The position numbers and the translations under genes are program-made. Source: an uncultured Verrucomicrobiota bacterium (GTDB lineage: Bacteria; Verrucomicrobiota; Verrucomicrobiia; Opitutales; UBA9783). From it: 64,000 nucleotides of DNA. The stretch spans positions 311,017-375,016 of the forward strand of contig CABUVL010000001.1 in assembly GCA_902495005.1 (NCBI GenBank), in the 5' to 3' direction. Of this stretch, positions 63,658-64,000 are shown piece by piece; positions within the stretch are counted from its first letter, which is position 1; each line of letters begins with the position of its first letter. The notes below the pieces were generated by a model. It did not search any database, had not been told where the DNA came from, and saw nothing but the letters and a program-made list of their open reading frames with translations.

Positions 63658-64000
63658 ATGACATTTGAAAAAGAAATAGAAGATTTAAAAGCGGCAGAAA
63701 CGTATCGGATTTTACCGCAGTACGACGATACATTTTTAGATTTCTCAAGTAATGATTATTTAAATTTATCTAAGAATGCAGAGGTCATCAAAGCCGGTTA
63801 TGAAGCGGCCTTGAAGTGCGGGGCTGGTAGTACAGGTTCCCGTTTGTTGTCTGGAAATAAATCGATTTTTGCGGCGTTTGAGGAGCAGATCGCGAGAGAT
63901 AAAAACACGGAAGCTGCCTTAATTTTTAATTCAGGTTTCCAGGCAAATTCGGGAGTCTTGAGCGCGATTTTAAACAAGGATTCAATTGTAATTTTTGATA
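63658..64000 (+). CDS. bioF: 8-amino-7-oxononanoate synthase / 2-amino-3-ketobutyrate CoA ligase family, 5' partial
   Basis: Translation MTFEKEIEDLKAAETYRILPQ...FLDFSSNDYLNLS...GAGSTGSRLLSGN...IFNSGFQANSGVL matches the AONS-family N-terminus. The ORF runs off the window end. Confidence 0.75.
   Translation, partial: MTFEKEIEDLKAAETYRILPQYDDTFLDFSSNDYLNLSKNAEVIKAGYEAALKCGAGSTGSRLLSGNKSIFAAFEEQIARDKNTEAALIFNSGFQANSGVLSAILNKDSIVIFD

Overview
This 64-kb chromosomal window comes from a moderately AT-rich, LPS-making (diderm) bacterium. The lineage cannot be fixed without a database search. I call about 70 protein genes and 3 tRNAs (Leu-GAG, Asp-GUC, Lys-UUU). I saw no rRNA, CRISPR array, transposase or integrase. 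Housekeeping genes: pnp, rpsO, fabD, lepA, mutY, murD, serS, rpsT, an HPr-family phosphocarrier gene, pyrH, frr, holA, dnaX, hpf, leuS, glgA, eno, gpmA, ldhA and the 5' end of bioF. Envelope genes: lpxA, lpxK, lpxI, pal and an MscS channel. The dominant feature is a tightly packed 12.8-kb minus-strand flagellar hook-basal-body operon (36743..49553): flgB-flgC-fliE-fliF-fliG-fliH-fliI-fliJ-ylxF/MotE-like-fliK-flgD-flgE-fliL-X-Y-fliM-fliN-fliO. It is preceded by a good sigma-54 type -24/-12 element and contains two unrecognisable basic ORFs (X and Y) between fliL and fliM. Other points worth a second look: (1) dnaX ends just after an A9 run and its -1 frame stays open for about 110 more codons, which suggests either frameshift/slippage or a homopolymer error. 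(2) A PFK-family protein has all catalytic motifs degenerate. (3) An ECF sigma / anti-sigma / PDZ-protease-like module has every residue of the Ser-His-Asp triad substituted. (4) An AT-rich two-gene island lies beside tRNA-Asp. (5) A class-3 lipase and an APH-type kinase sit just past the end of the flagellar operon, each followed by ORF-free AT-rich DNA. (6) Several ORF-free gaps of 0.45-0.76 kb are unexplained. All functional calls rest on motif recognition by eye and on synteny. No searches were run.
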